DNA of 64,000 nucleotides, taken from positions 194,871 through 258,870 of the forward strand of contig CAWHER010000003.1 in the NCBI GenBank assembly GCA_963828605.1, read 5' to 3'. Origin of the DNA: an uncultured Actinomycetota bacterium. GTDB lineage: Bacteria > Actinomycetota > Actinomycetes > Mycobacteriales > QHCD01. The position numbers were made by a program, and so were the translations under genes. Position 1 is the first letter of the stretch, and the number at the start of each line of letters is the position of its first letter. The notes under the pieces were generated by a model. The model ran no database searches. It saw nothing but the letters and a program-made list of their open reading frames with translations, and was not told where the DNA came from. This document shows positions 54,779-63,526 of the stretch, piece after piece.

Positions 54779-55710
54779 AGTGCTGTCTCTTTCCGGCGAA
54801 GGTACGCGAGCGTCGCCACGGAGACGATCATGACGATGATGAACTGGACGATGGAGATCGACGCTGCATAGCCCTGTGACTGCACCGAACCGCCCTGGCT
54901 GCCGCCGAACCCTTGAGTGAAGATGGCCAACGAGAGGACCTGGGTCGCCGGATTGGATGGGCCGGTCAGGACGTAGATCAGCTGATAGCTCTGCAGTGAA
55001 CCGATGATGCACAACAGCGTGTTCGCGGTCACCGAGGGTGCGAGCAACGGGTAGGTGACCTGCCGGAGCTTCTGCCATCGCGTGGCGCCGTCGATGGAGG
55101 CCACCTCATAGAGCTCCTGCGGGATCGCCTGCAGACCGGCGAGGTAGATCACCACCGCGACCCCGATGCCGGACCAGACCTGAACGGCGATCACCAGCGT
55201 CATCGCCAGGTGCGGATCGCCGAAGAATGCCGAGGACCCGCCGAACGACTTCCAGACGCTGGCGGCCGGCCCCCCGCTCGGGTTGAAGATCAACGAGAAG
55301 ATCAGCCCGACCACCGTCACACCGAGGATCGTGGGCATGAACACGACCGCCCGCGCGAAGTTCCGCCCCCGCAGCCTCTGGTTGAGCAGGACGGCGATGA
55401 GCAACGCGAGGACGTTCTGGAACAGCGTCACCGCGATCGCGAACACGAACGTGTTCTTCAGGGCGTGCATGTTGTAGGCGATCTGCGCCGAGGAGAAGAA
55501 CGTGTGGTAGTTCCCCAGCCCGATCCAGTGAGTGGGCAGGAAGGGCAGGGATCGGATGTCCGTGAAGGAGATCACGAAGATGCCGATCGCCGGGATGATC
55601 GAGAACAGGACAACGAGGCTTATCCCGAAGGCGAAGGTCAGCTGTACCGTCCAGCGGCGCCCGAAGATAAAGGTGTTTGACCGGTTCATCGCGTTCCTCT
55701 CCGATGGCAC
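54775..55710 (-). CDS. carbohydrate ABC transporter permease (MalF-like)
   Basis: The EAA loop is ELYEVASIDGATRWQKLRQVTYPLL, with six TM helices. An alternative start is at 55689. Confidence 0.85.
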   Translation of the reverse strand: MPSERNAMNRSNTFIFGRRWTVQLTFAFGISLVVLFSIIPAIGIFVISFTDIRSLPFLPTHWIGLGNYHTFFSSAQIAYNMHALKNTFVFAIAVTLFQNVLALLIAVLLNQRLRGRNFARAVVFMPTILGVTVVGLIFSLIFNPSGGPAASVWKSFGGSSAFFGDPHLAMTLVIAVQVWSGIGVAVVIYLAGLQAIPQELYEVASIDGATRWQKLRQVTYPLLAPSVTANTLLCIIGSLQSYQLIYVLTGPSNPATQVLSLAIFTQGFGGSQGGSVQSQGYAASISIVQFIIVMIVSVATLAYLRRKETAL

Positions 55711-55752
55711 GCGTACCCCGCAACCGGAGTCGCGGGGTACGCGCGGGTGGGC

Positions 55753-57075
55753 CTACTTCAGACCCGCCAGCCAGTCCTTCTGCGAGGCGTCAGCGGCTTG
55801 CGTCGCACCGGACGAGCCCATGGGCGCGATGCCGGCCCAGTTGAACGGCAGCTGCGCCGCCGGGCCGGCCTTGGTGTCGGCGATCCAGATCGTGTCCCAG
55901 GCGGGCTCGAACGTGCTGGTGTACTTCGCAATCTCCGAGTAGAACGGGTTGCTCTTCGCAGTGACCACCGACGGAGCAAATCCCGCCTGATCGTCGAAGA
56001 GCTGGTAGTTCTTCGAGAAGAAGCTCAGGTACTCGATCGCCGCGGGCTTGTTCTTGGCGTTGCTCGGGATAGCCAGGGTCAGCTCGACCTTGCCGCCGAG
56101 GTACTTGTTGTCGGCCGCGTTGTCGCTGCCGGGAAGCGGGAAGTAGCCAAAGTCGAGCTTGCTCCCACCGGCCTGCTGGATGGTGGTGGTGTTCCACGTC
56201 CCGTCACTCATCATCGCGAACTTGCCGTTGACGAAGTCGGAGGTCATCGTCGCGTAGGACACGCCGGCAAAGTTGGGCTCGGCGTACGAGTAGAGCTTCT
56301 GGACCTTCTGCAACACCTCCAGCTGCTTGCCCTTGTTGAGCTTCACCGAGCCGCCGTAGAGACCCTTGGCCAGGGTCTCCTTGTCCTGGGCTGTGGGGTA
56401 GAGGCTCTGCACCACGCCGAGCATGTTCAGGCCGGCAGAGTCCTTGCCGCCGATCCCGAGGGGCACGACGCCTTTGGACTTGAGCGTGGCGCATGCCTTC
56501 ATCAGATCGGACCAGGTGGTGGGCACCTGGATCCCGTTCTCGGCGAAGATCTTCTTGTTGTAGAACATTCCGGAGTAGTAGCTGAGGCCCGTGGGCACGG
56601 TGTAGTTCTTGCCCTTGTACTTGATCTGGTTCAGCACGGTCGGCTTGTACTGCTTCATGAAGGGCTCGTTCGTCAGGTCGACGTATCCGCCCTGGTCGGC
56701 CATACGCGCGTCGTCGCCCTCGTTGGAGGCGGGCACGTAGCTCGGCAATTGCACCGGGCCGGCGAGGCCGACGTCGATGCTGCCGGCGGTGAGCCTGGAC
56801 GTATGGGCCTGGGCATAGTTCTCGTTCGGCACCGAGGAGAAGTTGATCTTCACCGACGGGTACTTCGCCATGAACGCCTTGTTGACCGCCTTGAAGCCCG
56901 CGTCCGACCCCGTCGCGCTCGAGACCAGGATGTTCAGAGTGCCACTGGCCTTGCCGTTGGGGGTGGGAGATGCGCCGCTTCCACCGCCGGAACACGCCGT
57001 CGTGGTCAGCAGGGCGGCGAACCCGACCCCCACGAGCGCGCGCCAGCCCGGTGCACGGAACTTCGGTCCTGCCAT
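55753..57075 (-). CDS. extracellular solute-binding lipoprotein (sugar ABC transporter)
   Basis: ATG 57073-57075. Signal peptide and lipobox (GVGFAALLTTTACSGG). Family-1 SBP features are present (LNILVSSATGSDAGFKAV..., VPLGIGGKDS). Confidence 0.85.
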   Translation of the reverse strand: MAGPKFRAPGWRALVGVGFAALLTTTACSGGGSGASPTPNGKASGTLNILVSSATGSDAGFKAVNKAFMAKYPSVKINFSSVPNENYAQAHTSRLTAGSIDVGLAGPVQLPSYVPASNEGDDARMADQGGYVDLTNEPFMKQYKPTVLNQIKYKGKNYTVPTGLSYYSGMFYNKKIFAENGIQVPTTWSDLMKACATLKSKGVVPLGIGGKDSAGLNMLGVVQSLYPTAQDKETLAKGLYGGSVKLNKGKQLEVLQKVQKLYSYAEPNFAGVSYATMTSDFVNGKFAMMSDGTWNTTTIQQAGGSKLDFGYFPLPGSDNAADNKYLGGKVELTLAIPSNAKNKPAAIEYLSFFSKNYQLFDDQAGFAPSVVTAKSNPFYSEIAKYTSTFEPAWDTIWIADTKAGPAAQLPFNWAGIAPMGSSGATQAADASQKDWLAGLK

Positions 57076-57093
57076 GGTTCCTCCGGAGATGAT

Positions 57094-57107
57094 CCGAAAC
57101 GTTTTGG
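57094..57107. promoter_or_regulatory. LacI-type operator O1 (CCGAAACGTTTTGG)
   Basis: A palindrome around the CG centre, 19 nt upstream of the SBP start codon. Confidence 0.5.
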
Positions 57108-57121
57108 GCGACCGGAGGCTA

Positions 57122-57135
57122 GCAAAACGTTTCGG
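57122..57135. promoter_or_regulatory. LacI-type operator O2 (GCAAAACGTTTCGG)
   Basis: Inverted near-copy of O1, 28 bp away centre to centre. It lies between the SBP gene and the lacI stop. Confidence 0.5.
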
Positions 57136-57175
57136 TTTCGCCAAGAGGTGGGATTCGGCTAGATCGATCGGCGGT

Positions 57176-58201
57176 TCACGGCACCGGGCCGGTGGACGCA
57201 CGAACGACGAGGCTGGTCGGCTCGGTGTCCACGCGTGCGGGTGGCCCGCCGTTGAGCATGCCGAGGAGGGCCCGAGCAGCTTCCCTTCCGAGCGAGTGCG
57301 GGGCCGTCGTCACCGTTGTCAGCGAAGGCCGGGCGTACGCCCCGAAGTCGATTCCGTCGTAGCCCGCGACCGAGACGTCCTCGGGGATCGAGAAGCCCAT
57401 CTCCGTCGCCTTGGCGATGAAGCCGAAAGCCATCAGGTCGTTCGCGCAGAACACTGCGGTCGGCCGGGGCCGGCGGCGGAGCAGGTTTGCTGCGGCGCGG
57501 CTGCCGCCGGCCAGGGAGAAGTCGCCCTCGACCACGGCGCCGGGGCGGACCCGGGCGGCGGCCAGGAAGTCGCGCCACGCTGTCTCGCGATCGTGCGCGT
57601 GGATGTAGTCCCTGGGACCCGACACGTGTGCGATCCGCCGGTGACCGAGCTCGAGGAGGTGGTCCAGCAGAGCGTTGATGCCTGGCTCGTGGGATTGACC
57701 GACGGAGGAGATGCCGTCCCACTTCGGCTTGGCGTTGATGGCCACCGCGGGGATGCCGAGCCTTCGGACAAGATCGAACCGGGAGTCCGGGATAGAGACG
57801 TCCGTCAGGAAGATCCCGTCCACCCGGTTGTCCGCGGCCAGACGCCGGTAGCGCTCGACGGCGCGTTGCCGGGTCGGAGCGACCTGGAGGACAAGCGCAT
57901 ACCCGCCGCTCTCGAGGACCGCTTCGATACCGCTGATGAATCCGGCGAAGAACGGGTCCGAGGCGATGACCGACGAGTTGCGCTGGATCACCAGCCCCAC
58001 GTTGAACGCGCGCTTCTGGGAGAGACTGCGGCCGCGCAATGACGGTGACCAGCCAAGCTGGTCGGCCGTCGCCACGATCCGCTTGCGGGTCGGCTCGGAA
58101 ACGCCCGATCGATTGTTCAGCGCGGCGGACACGGTCGCGATCGAGACCCCGGCATCCCTGGCGACGTCCACGATCGTGACTCGCGGCTTGATGGTGCGCA
58201 T
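57176..58201 (-). CDS. LacI family transcriptional regulator
   Basis: ATG 58199-58201. The HTH is VTIVDVARDAGVSIATVSAALNNRSGVSEPTRKRIVATADQLGW, with a periplasmic-binding-protein-like sensor domain. Confidence 0.9.
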   Translation of the reverse strand: MRTIKPRVTIVDVARDAGVSIATVSAALNNRSGVSEPTRKRIVATADQLGWSPSLRGRSLSQKRAFNVGLVIQRNSSVIASDPFFAGFISGIEAVLESGGYALVLQVAPTRQRAVERYRRLAADNRVDGIFLTDVSIPDSRFDLVRRLGIPAVAINAKPKWDGISSVGQSHEPGINALLDHLLELGHRRIAHVSGPRDYIHAHDRETAWRDFLAAARVRPGAVVEGDFSLAGGSRAAANLLRRRPRPTAVFCANDLMAFGFIAKATEMGFSIPEDVSVAGYDGIDFGAYARPSLTTVTTAPHSLGREAARALLGMLNGGPPARVDTEPTSLVVRASTGPVP

Positions 58202-58321
58202 TCGTGAGACCCTACGACAAAGCGTGGGAATGCCAATACCGTCGGCGCCTCCGGCTATGCGGTCGTATCCGTCGCTCACCCCGGTCTATCCAGACCTTCC
58301 CGGGTGCCGCTATGGTCTCCG

Positions 58322-58335
58322 CCTAAACGTTTCGG
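58322..58335. promoter_or_regulatory. LacI-type operator O3 (CCTAAACGTTTCGG)
   Basis: Same AAACGTTTCGG core as O1/O2, 17 nt upstream of ATG 58352 of the first oxidoreductase gene. It lies in the lacI divergent intergenic region. Confidence 0.5.
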
Positions 58336-58351
58336 AGCGAAGGGGACGGAG

Positions 58352-59359
58352 ATGCGCAGACGCCGCGTCGGCATCGTCGGGGCCGGCAGCATCACCTCGC
58401 TGCACATCCCGTTCTGGAAGCGGCTCGGCTGGGAGTTGTCGGTCTACGCGCTGCAGGGGGCCGAGAGCCTGGCCGATCGGTACGAGATCCGGGTGCAGCC
58501 GACCATGGATGATCTTCTCGGCAGCGTCGACGCCGTCGACGTGTGTACCTCGTCGGCCAGCCATGCGGCAGTGGCCGACGCCGCCGTTCGGGAAGGCCTA
58601 CCCGTCGTCTGCGAGAAGCCGATGGCGCTGTCGTTCGATGACGCACTCAACCTGGCCCAGGAGGCCGAGGGCCGCGGCGTGCGGGTGCTGCCGGCACACG
58701 TCGTCAGGTTCTTCGGCCAGTACGAGGCGGTGCACCGGGCCGTTTCGGCCGGCGCGCTCGGCGATCTGGCAATCGTGCGCCTGGTGCGGGGAGGGTCCAG
58801 GCCCGACAGTGACTGGTTTCTCGACGAGGCGCAGTCCGGCGGGATCGTCTTCGACCTGATGGTCCACGATTTGGACCAGGCACGATGGCTTGCCGGCGAG
58901 GTACGAACCGTCGATGCCGTGCAGAATCCGGCCACGTCGAACGGACGGGTCCCTCCCGAGGTGGTTGCCCACGCGACCTTGACCCACGACACCGGGGCCA
59001 TCTCCCAGATCCAGTCGTTCTGGGGTAGCCCTGGGTTCACCTTCGGGCCGTCGTTCGACGTCGCGGGCAGCGCGGGCAGGCTCGTCAGCAGTCCTGCCGA
59101 TGAGGTCACGGTCTTCGAGGACCTCCCCCGGCTCGGCGCGGAGCACTCCTATCTCCCTCCCGAGGCGGCGGAGGAGAGCCCGTACTTCACCCAGATCAGG
59201 GAGTTTTCCCGCACCCTTCTCGACGATGCCCCCTGCCGGGTGTCCGTGTGGGACGGAGTGATGGCCGTCGCTCTGGCCGAGGCTGTCAGGGAGTCGATGA
59301 GCACCGGCGAATCCGTGGACTTCATGCGGTGGCGGAAGCGGATCGGAGATGCACTGTGA
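58352..59359 (+). CDS. Gfo/Idh/MocA family oxidoreductase
   Basis: ATG 58352 follows GAAGGGGACGGAG. Rossmann N-terminus RVGIVGAGSI and the EKP motif (VVCEKPMA). Confidence 0.85.
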   Translation: MRRRRVGIVGAGSITSLHIPFWKRLGWELSVYALQGAESLADRYEIRVQPTMDDLLGSVDAVDVCTSSASHAAVADAAVREGLPVVCEKPMALSFDDALNLAQEAEGRGVRVLPAHVVRFFGQYEAVHRAVSAGALGDLAIVRLVRGGSRPDSDWFLDEAQSGGIVFDLMVHDLDQARWLAGEVRTVDAVQNPATSNGRVPPEVVAHATLTHDTGAISQIQSFWGSPGFTFGPSFDVAGSAGRLVSSPADEVTVFEDLPRLGAEHSYLPPEAAEESPYFTQIREFSRTLLDDAPCRVSVWDGVMAVALAEAVRESMSTGESVDFMRWRKRIGDAL

Positions 59360-60387
59360 GCAGTTCGAGCCTGCGGGTCGGCGTGCTGTCGGCGGCCCAC
59401 GGACACGCCGGCGGGTATCTCCGGCACCTTGGCGCACGGGCGGATGTCACCGTCCTGTTCAGCGACCCGGACGCGCAGCGCGACGAAGTCGGCAGGGGCC
59501 GACAGCTCGCTGAGGCGACCGGGGCGACATGGGTCGAGCATTCGACGGAGCTCCTGGCGAGCTCGGATGCGATTGTCGTGTGCTCGCAGAACACCCGCCA
59601 TCACGACGACGTCATGGCCGCTCTCGCCGAGGGATGCCACGTGCTCTGCGAGAAGCCGATGGCCACCACCGCCGCGGACGCCGTGGACCTGTGGCGCGCG
59701 GCCGGCGCGGCCGGGCTGATCCTCGGGGTCGCGCACCCTGTTCGGCAGTCCCCGGCTTACCGGCACCTGAAGGTCCGGGTCGAATCGGGCGCGTTGGGAA
59801 CCGTCCTGTCGGTTCTCGGCACGAACAACGGCATGTTGCCGCGAGACGCTGCCTGGCTCACCCAACCGGAATGGTCGGGGGGCGGCGCGGTCGCGGATCA
59901 CCTCGTGCATTGCACGGACCTGATCGACGGCCTCCTCGACCGGCCGCCGGTACGAGTCCGCGCGGTCACGAACCGCATCCTGGAACAGGACCCACCGACC
60001 GAGGTCGAGACGGGTGGGATCGTCACCACTGAGTACGAAGGCGGTGTCATAGCCACCGTTGACTGTTCCTGGAGTCAGCCCCGAACGGCTCCGACGTGGG
60101 GCGGCCTCACCCTCGACGTCATCGGCACGGCAGGGCGGTTGCGCATCGACCCGTTCAATCTCCATGTGGCGGGGCATGCCGGCACCGGGCCCCAGTGGTG
60201 GACCTACGGGTCCGACATGGACGTCGACATGATCGACAACTTCGTCAACGCAGTCCGGGGACGAACCGCGATCCATGCCGACGCAGTGGCCGGAGTGCGG
60301 TCCGTGGAGATCATGGCCGCAGCACTGGAGTCAGCCCGCTCCGGAGGTCGACCCCAGGACGTCCACTCGCTCACGCGCACGCCCTGA
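59356..60387 (+). CDS. Gfo/Idh/MocA family oxidoreductase (second copy)
   Basis: GTG 59356 overlaps the upstream stop (GTGA). Motifs are LRVGVLSAAHGHAGGY and HVLCEKPMA. The ORF-track start at 59248 lies inside the previous gene. Confidence 0.85.
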   Translation: MSSSSLRVGVLSAAHGHAGGYLRHLGARADVTVLFSDPDAQRDEVGRGRQLAEATGATWVEHSTELLASSDAIVVCSQNTRHHDDVMAALAEGCHVLCEKPMATTAADAVDLWRAAGAAGLILGVAHPVRQSPAYRHLKVRVESGALGTVLSVLGTNNGMLPRDAAWLTQPEWSGGGAVADHLVHCTDLIDGLLDRPPVRVRAVTNRILEQDPPTEVETGGIVTTEYEGGVIATVDCSWSQPRTAPTWGGLTLDVIGTAGRLRIDPFNLHVAGHAGTGPQWWTYGSDMDVDMIDNFVNAVRGRTAIHADAVAGVRSVEIMAAALESARSGGRPQDVHSLTRTP

Positions 60388-60401
60388 GTCGGGGTTGCGC
60401 C

Positions 60402-61652
60402 GTGCAGTACCGCAACTTCCCCGCCCGATGCACCGACGAGGGTCCGGACCCGCAGACCAGGTCCTGGATGATCGCCCGATTCAACGGCTTCCTCCAGCCC
60501 GTGCCCCCAGCCGGCCAACTCGGCACAACTGCAGCGACGTGGCAGAACGAGGGTCGCACGCTGCACGCAATCTATGATGTCAACCCGCGACCAGACGCCG
60601 CGCTCGATCCCGAGATACCGGTCGCCACGATGGCCACCTTCGAGGCGGGCCTCGATGCGGGTGGACGTGCCGACATCCCGTGCATCCTCATCGCGGACGT
60701 CACCGTCCGCTCGACACATCAGGGCCAGGGCCTGATGCGTCGACTCATGCGCGCGGTCACGACGGATGCATCCGACGCCGGTGTTCCGCTCATGGCGCTG
60801 CACGCCGCACACCCCGCCCTGTACGCGCGCTTCGGATTTGCCCCAGCAATCCGTTCCCTGTCAGTGGAACTCGACTGTTCCCGGTTCGGCTTGCGGAGCC
60901 GTCCCGCCGGAGCGGTGCACGAGGCCGACCCGCGGCATGCCGACGACCTGGCCCGCACTGTGGCGATCGCCTCGGGGCCCCTCAGGTTCGGGGCCCTCTG
61001 CGTCACCGATCCACCGGCACGGCACGCGCTCCGCGACGGCGGCGACGGGGACCGTTGCCTCGTTCACGCCGATGAGAACGGGAACATCGACGGCGTACTG
61101 ACCTACGCTTTCCTGGGATGGACACCGCAAGCGCAGGTCCTGCAGATCCTCTCCGAGACGTACTCCACGACCGACGCCCACGCCGCTCTCTGGCAGACGG
61201 TCGCGTCCACCGGTATCGCCAGCACGGTGCGTGCGACGGATGTGCGACCCGACGACCCGCTTCCATGGATGCTCACCGAGCGTGCAGCATGGCGGGTCAC
61301 CGGTCTGACCGACGGCCTCTCGCTTCGCATCCTCGATCCGGCCCGGGTCTTGACGATGCGCGGGTACGCCAGGCCCGACGCAGAACTGGCGATCGACGTC
61401 ACCGACCCGACAGGGCCGGCCGCCGGCAGATGGCTTGTCCGCGGGTCGAACGGTCGCGCAGCGGTCGACAGGACATCGCGACCGGCCGACGTCACATTGG
61501 ACGCCAAGGAACTCGCGGCCCTATTCCTCGGCAGCACGCGGACGATGACGCTCCTTGATGCGGGTCTGGTCACGGCAACCCGCGATGCCGCCCAGGCACT
61601 TGACGCTCTGCTGCACTGGCCGGTGGAGGCATCGTCGACCCTGCACTTCTGA
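60402..61652 (+). CDS. Eis-like GNAT acetyltransferase with C-terminal SCP2-like domain
   Basis: GTG 60402, 14 nt after the upstream stop. The GNAT core is IADVTVRSTHQGQGLMRRLMRAV...LYARFGF, followed by a second GNAT-like region. The C-terminal segment (VTLDAKELAALFLGSTRTMTLLDAGLV) is as in Eis-family proteins, with similar length (416 aa). Confidence 0.7.
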   Translation: MQYRNFPARCTDEGPDPQTRSWMIARFNGFLQPVPPAGQLGTTAATWQNEGRTLHAIYDVNPRPDAALDPEIPVATMATFEAGLDAGGRADIPCILIADVTVRSTHQGQGLMRRLMRAVTTDASDAGVPLMALHAAHPALYARFGFAPAIRSLSVELDCSRFGLRSRPAGAVHEADPRHADDLARTVAIASGPLRFGALCVTDPPARHALRDGGDGDRCLVHADENGNIDGVLTYAFLGWTPQAQVLQILSETYSTTDAHAALWQTVASTGIASTVRATDVRPDDPLPWMLTERAAWRVTGLTDGLSLRILDPARVLTMRGYARPDAELAIDVTDPTGPAAGRWLVRGSNGRAAVDRTSRPADVTLDAKELAALFLGSTRTMTLLDAGLVTATRDAAQALDALLHWPVEASSTLHF

Positions 61653-61725
61653 GGGGGTGGTCAGGGCGGCTTGCCCGACCCGGGATCGCGGCGATCCGAC
61701 GGGAGGGGTCACATTCGGGGGGAAT

Positions 61726-62577
61726 GTGCAATGGTGGGCCGCGCACATCGACGATGACGAGCCGGAGGTGGCGGTGGGCGGGCCGACGTACGAGCGTTTC
61801 GGCGGCTCCGAAGGCACGGTCGTCTACCGCGTCTGGCCGAGCGGGCAGCCGCGCCGGATCGTCGCGATCGCGCACGGCTATGGCGAGCACATCGGCCGCT
61901 ACGAGTACCTCGCCGAGACGCTGGTCGCCGACCACGGCGTCGTCTGCGGCCCGGACCATCTCGGCCACGGTCGAAGCGACGGCGAACGCGCCCTCGTGAC
62001 CGACTTCGAGCACCTCGTCGACGACCTGCACGCCGTCGTCGAGCGGGTGAGCTCGACGTACGCCGGTCTGCCCACCGTCCTCATCGGGCACTCGCTGGGC
62101 GGGCTCGTCGCCGCCCGCTACGCCCAGCGCTACGCCGACGAGCTCGCCGGCCTGGTGCTCTCCGCGCCGGTCGTCGGGAGCTGGAAGGCCAGCACCGACC
62201 TGCTCGCTCTCACCGAGCTGCCCGACCAGCCGCTCGACGCCGGCACGCTGTCGCGGGATCCGGCCGTGGCTGCGTCCTACGAGGCGGATCCGATCGTCTA
62301 TCACGGTCCCTTCAAGCAGCAGACCCTGCGGGCGATCGCCGGCACTCTGCATGTGGTGAACTCCGGCCCCGGGCTGGCGGACCTGCCGACGTTGTGGCTG
62401 CACGGCCAGGACGACGAGCTCGTTCCGCTCGTCGAGTCGACAGTGGGCATCGAGACGCTCGCCCCGGAAAACCTCACGACGCGGATCTACCGTGGCGCCA
62501 AGCACGAGGTGTTCAACGAGATCAACCGGGACGAGGTCGCCCGCGACACCGTGCAGTTCATCAACCGGGTGACCTGA
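61726..62577 (+). CDS. alpha/beta hydrolase, monoacylglycerol lipase / lysophospholipase-like
   Basis: GTG 61726. Motifs are AIAHGYGEHIGRY, the nucleophile elbow GHSLGG, and LWLHGQDDELVP...KHEVFNE. Confidence 0.8.
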   Translation: MQWWAAHIDDDEPEVAVGGPTYERFGGSEGTVVYRVWPSGQPRRIVAIAHGYGEHIGRYEYLAETLVADHGVVCGPDHLGHGRSDGERALVTDFEHLVDDLHAVVERVSSTYAGLPTVLIGHSLGGLVAARYAQRYADELAGLVLSAPVVGSWKASTDLLALTELPDQPLDAGTLSRDPAVAASYEADPIVYHGPFKQQTLRAIAGTLHVVNSGPGLADLPTLWLHGQDDELVPLVESTVGIETLAPENLTTRIYRGAKHEVFNEINRDEVARDTVQFINRVT

Positions 62578-62606
62578 CGCTGCAGCGTCGACTCCCTCCG
62601 CCCCGC

Positions 62607-62664
62607 CCATGATCGTGATCGGATAAAGCCGCGAAACGCCGTGCGGATCCGATCACGATCATGG
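62607..62664 (+). repeat. 58-bp palindromic intergenic element, copy 4
   Basis: CCATGATCGTGATCGG-ataaAGCCGCGAAACGCCGTgcggat-CCGATCACGATCATGG. It starts 29 nt after the lipase stop codon and lies between convergent genes. Confidence 0.9.
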
Positions 62665-62700
62665 AGCGGGCGGCGGGGGCGGGCGGCACCGGCGGGCGGG

Positions 62701-63495
62701 TCAGGTGGTCCAGGCCCGCCAGACCTGCTCGGCCACTGCCGGTCCCGCGGCGAGCAGACCGGGGTCGGAGGCGCCGGGCAGCACGGGAACGTCGGCACCG
62801 TCGCGTCCCATGACCCGGGCGCCCGCTTCCTGCGCGATGAGTACGCCGGCCAGCACGTCCCAGGTGTTGAAGCTGCCGAGCACCACCGCGGCGGCGCGAC
62901 CCGCCGCCGCGCTCGCCAGTGACAGCGCCGACGACCCCATGATGCGGGTGGAGACCTGGGCCGCGGACAGCCTGGCCAGCATCTGCTCCATCCCCGGCCA
63001 CGACCGGTACGCCGCCCACTCGGTGAGCACGACCTCTCCGGCGAGGTCGGACGCCGCCGAGCAGCGGACCGGGTCGCCGTTGCACCGGGCGCCCCGGCCA
63101 CGGACGGCGCTGAAGACCTCCCGCCGGTCCGGGTCGGCGACGACGGCGACGGCCGGTCCGGACGCGTCGGCGAGGGCCAGGCTGAACGACGTCCACGGCA
63201 GACCGTGGGCGTAGTTGGTCGTCCCGTCGACCGGGTCGACGTACCAGACCTCGCCGGCGGCCGACGGTTCGCCCGCCCCGAGTTCCTCGCCGATGACCTG
63301 GTGACCCGGAAACCGCGCCGCGATCTCGGCCCGCACCCGCTCCTCGACCTCGCGGTCGGTCTCGGTGACCAGGTCGGCGGGCCCCGCCTTCGTCGCCACC
63401 TGCGTCGGTCGGTGGGAGCCGATCCGGTCGACGGCCCACCGGCCGAGCTCCTCGGCGAAGGGCAGGATCTGATCCAGGTCGGTGTCGGTCAGCAC
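62701..63495 (-). CDS. inositol monophosphatase family protein
   Basis: GTG 63493-63495 follows GAGGGGA. Motifs are DLVTETDREVE, WYVDPVDGTTNY and WDVLAGVLIAQEAG. The ORF-track start at 63720 overlaps the upstream gene. Confidence 0.85.
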   Translation of the reverse strand: MLTDTDLDQILPFAEELGRWAVDRIGSHRPTQVATKAGPADLVTETDREVEERVRAEIAARFPGHQVIGEELGAGEPSAAGEVWYVDPVDGTTNYAHGLPWTSFSLALADASGPAVAVVADPDRREVFSAVRGRGARCNGDPVRCSAASDLAGEVVLTEWAAYRSWPGMEQMLARLSAAQVSTRIMGSSALSLASAAAGRAAAVVLGSFNTWDVLAGVLIAQEAGARVMGRDGADVPVLPGASDPGLLAAGPAVAEQVWRAWTT

Positions 63496-63526
63496 GCGGG
63501 CGTCCCCTCTTCGGGCAGAAATGCGA

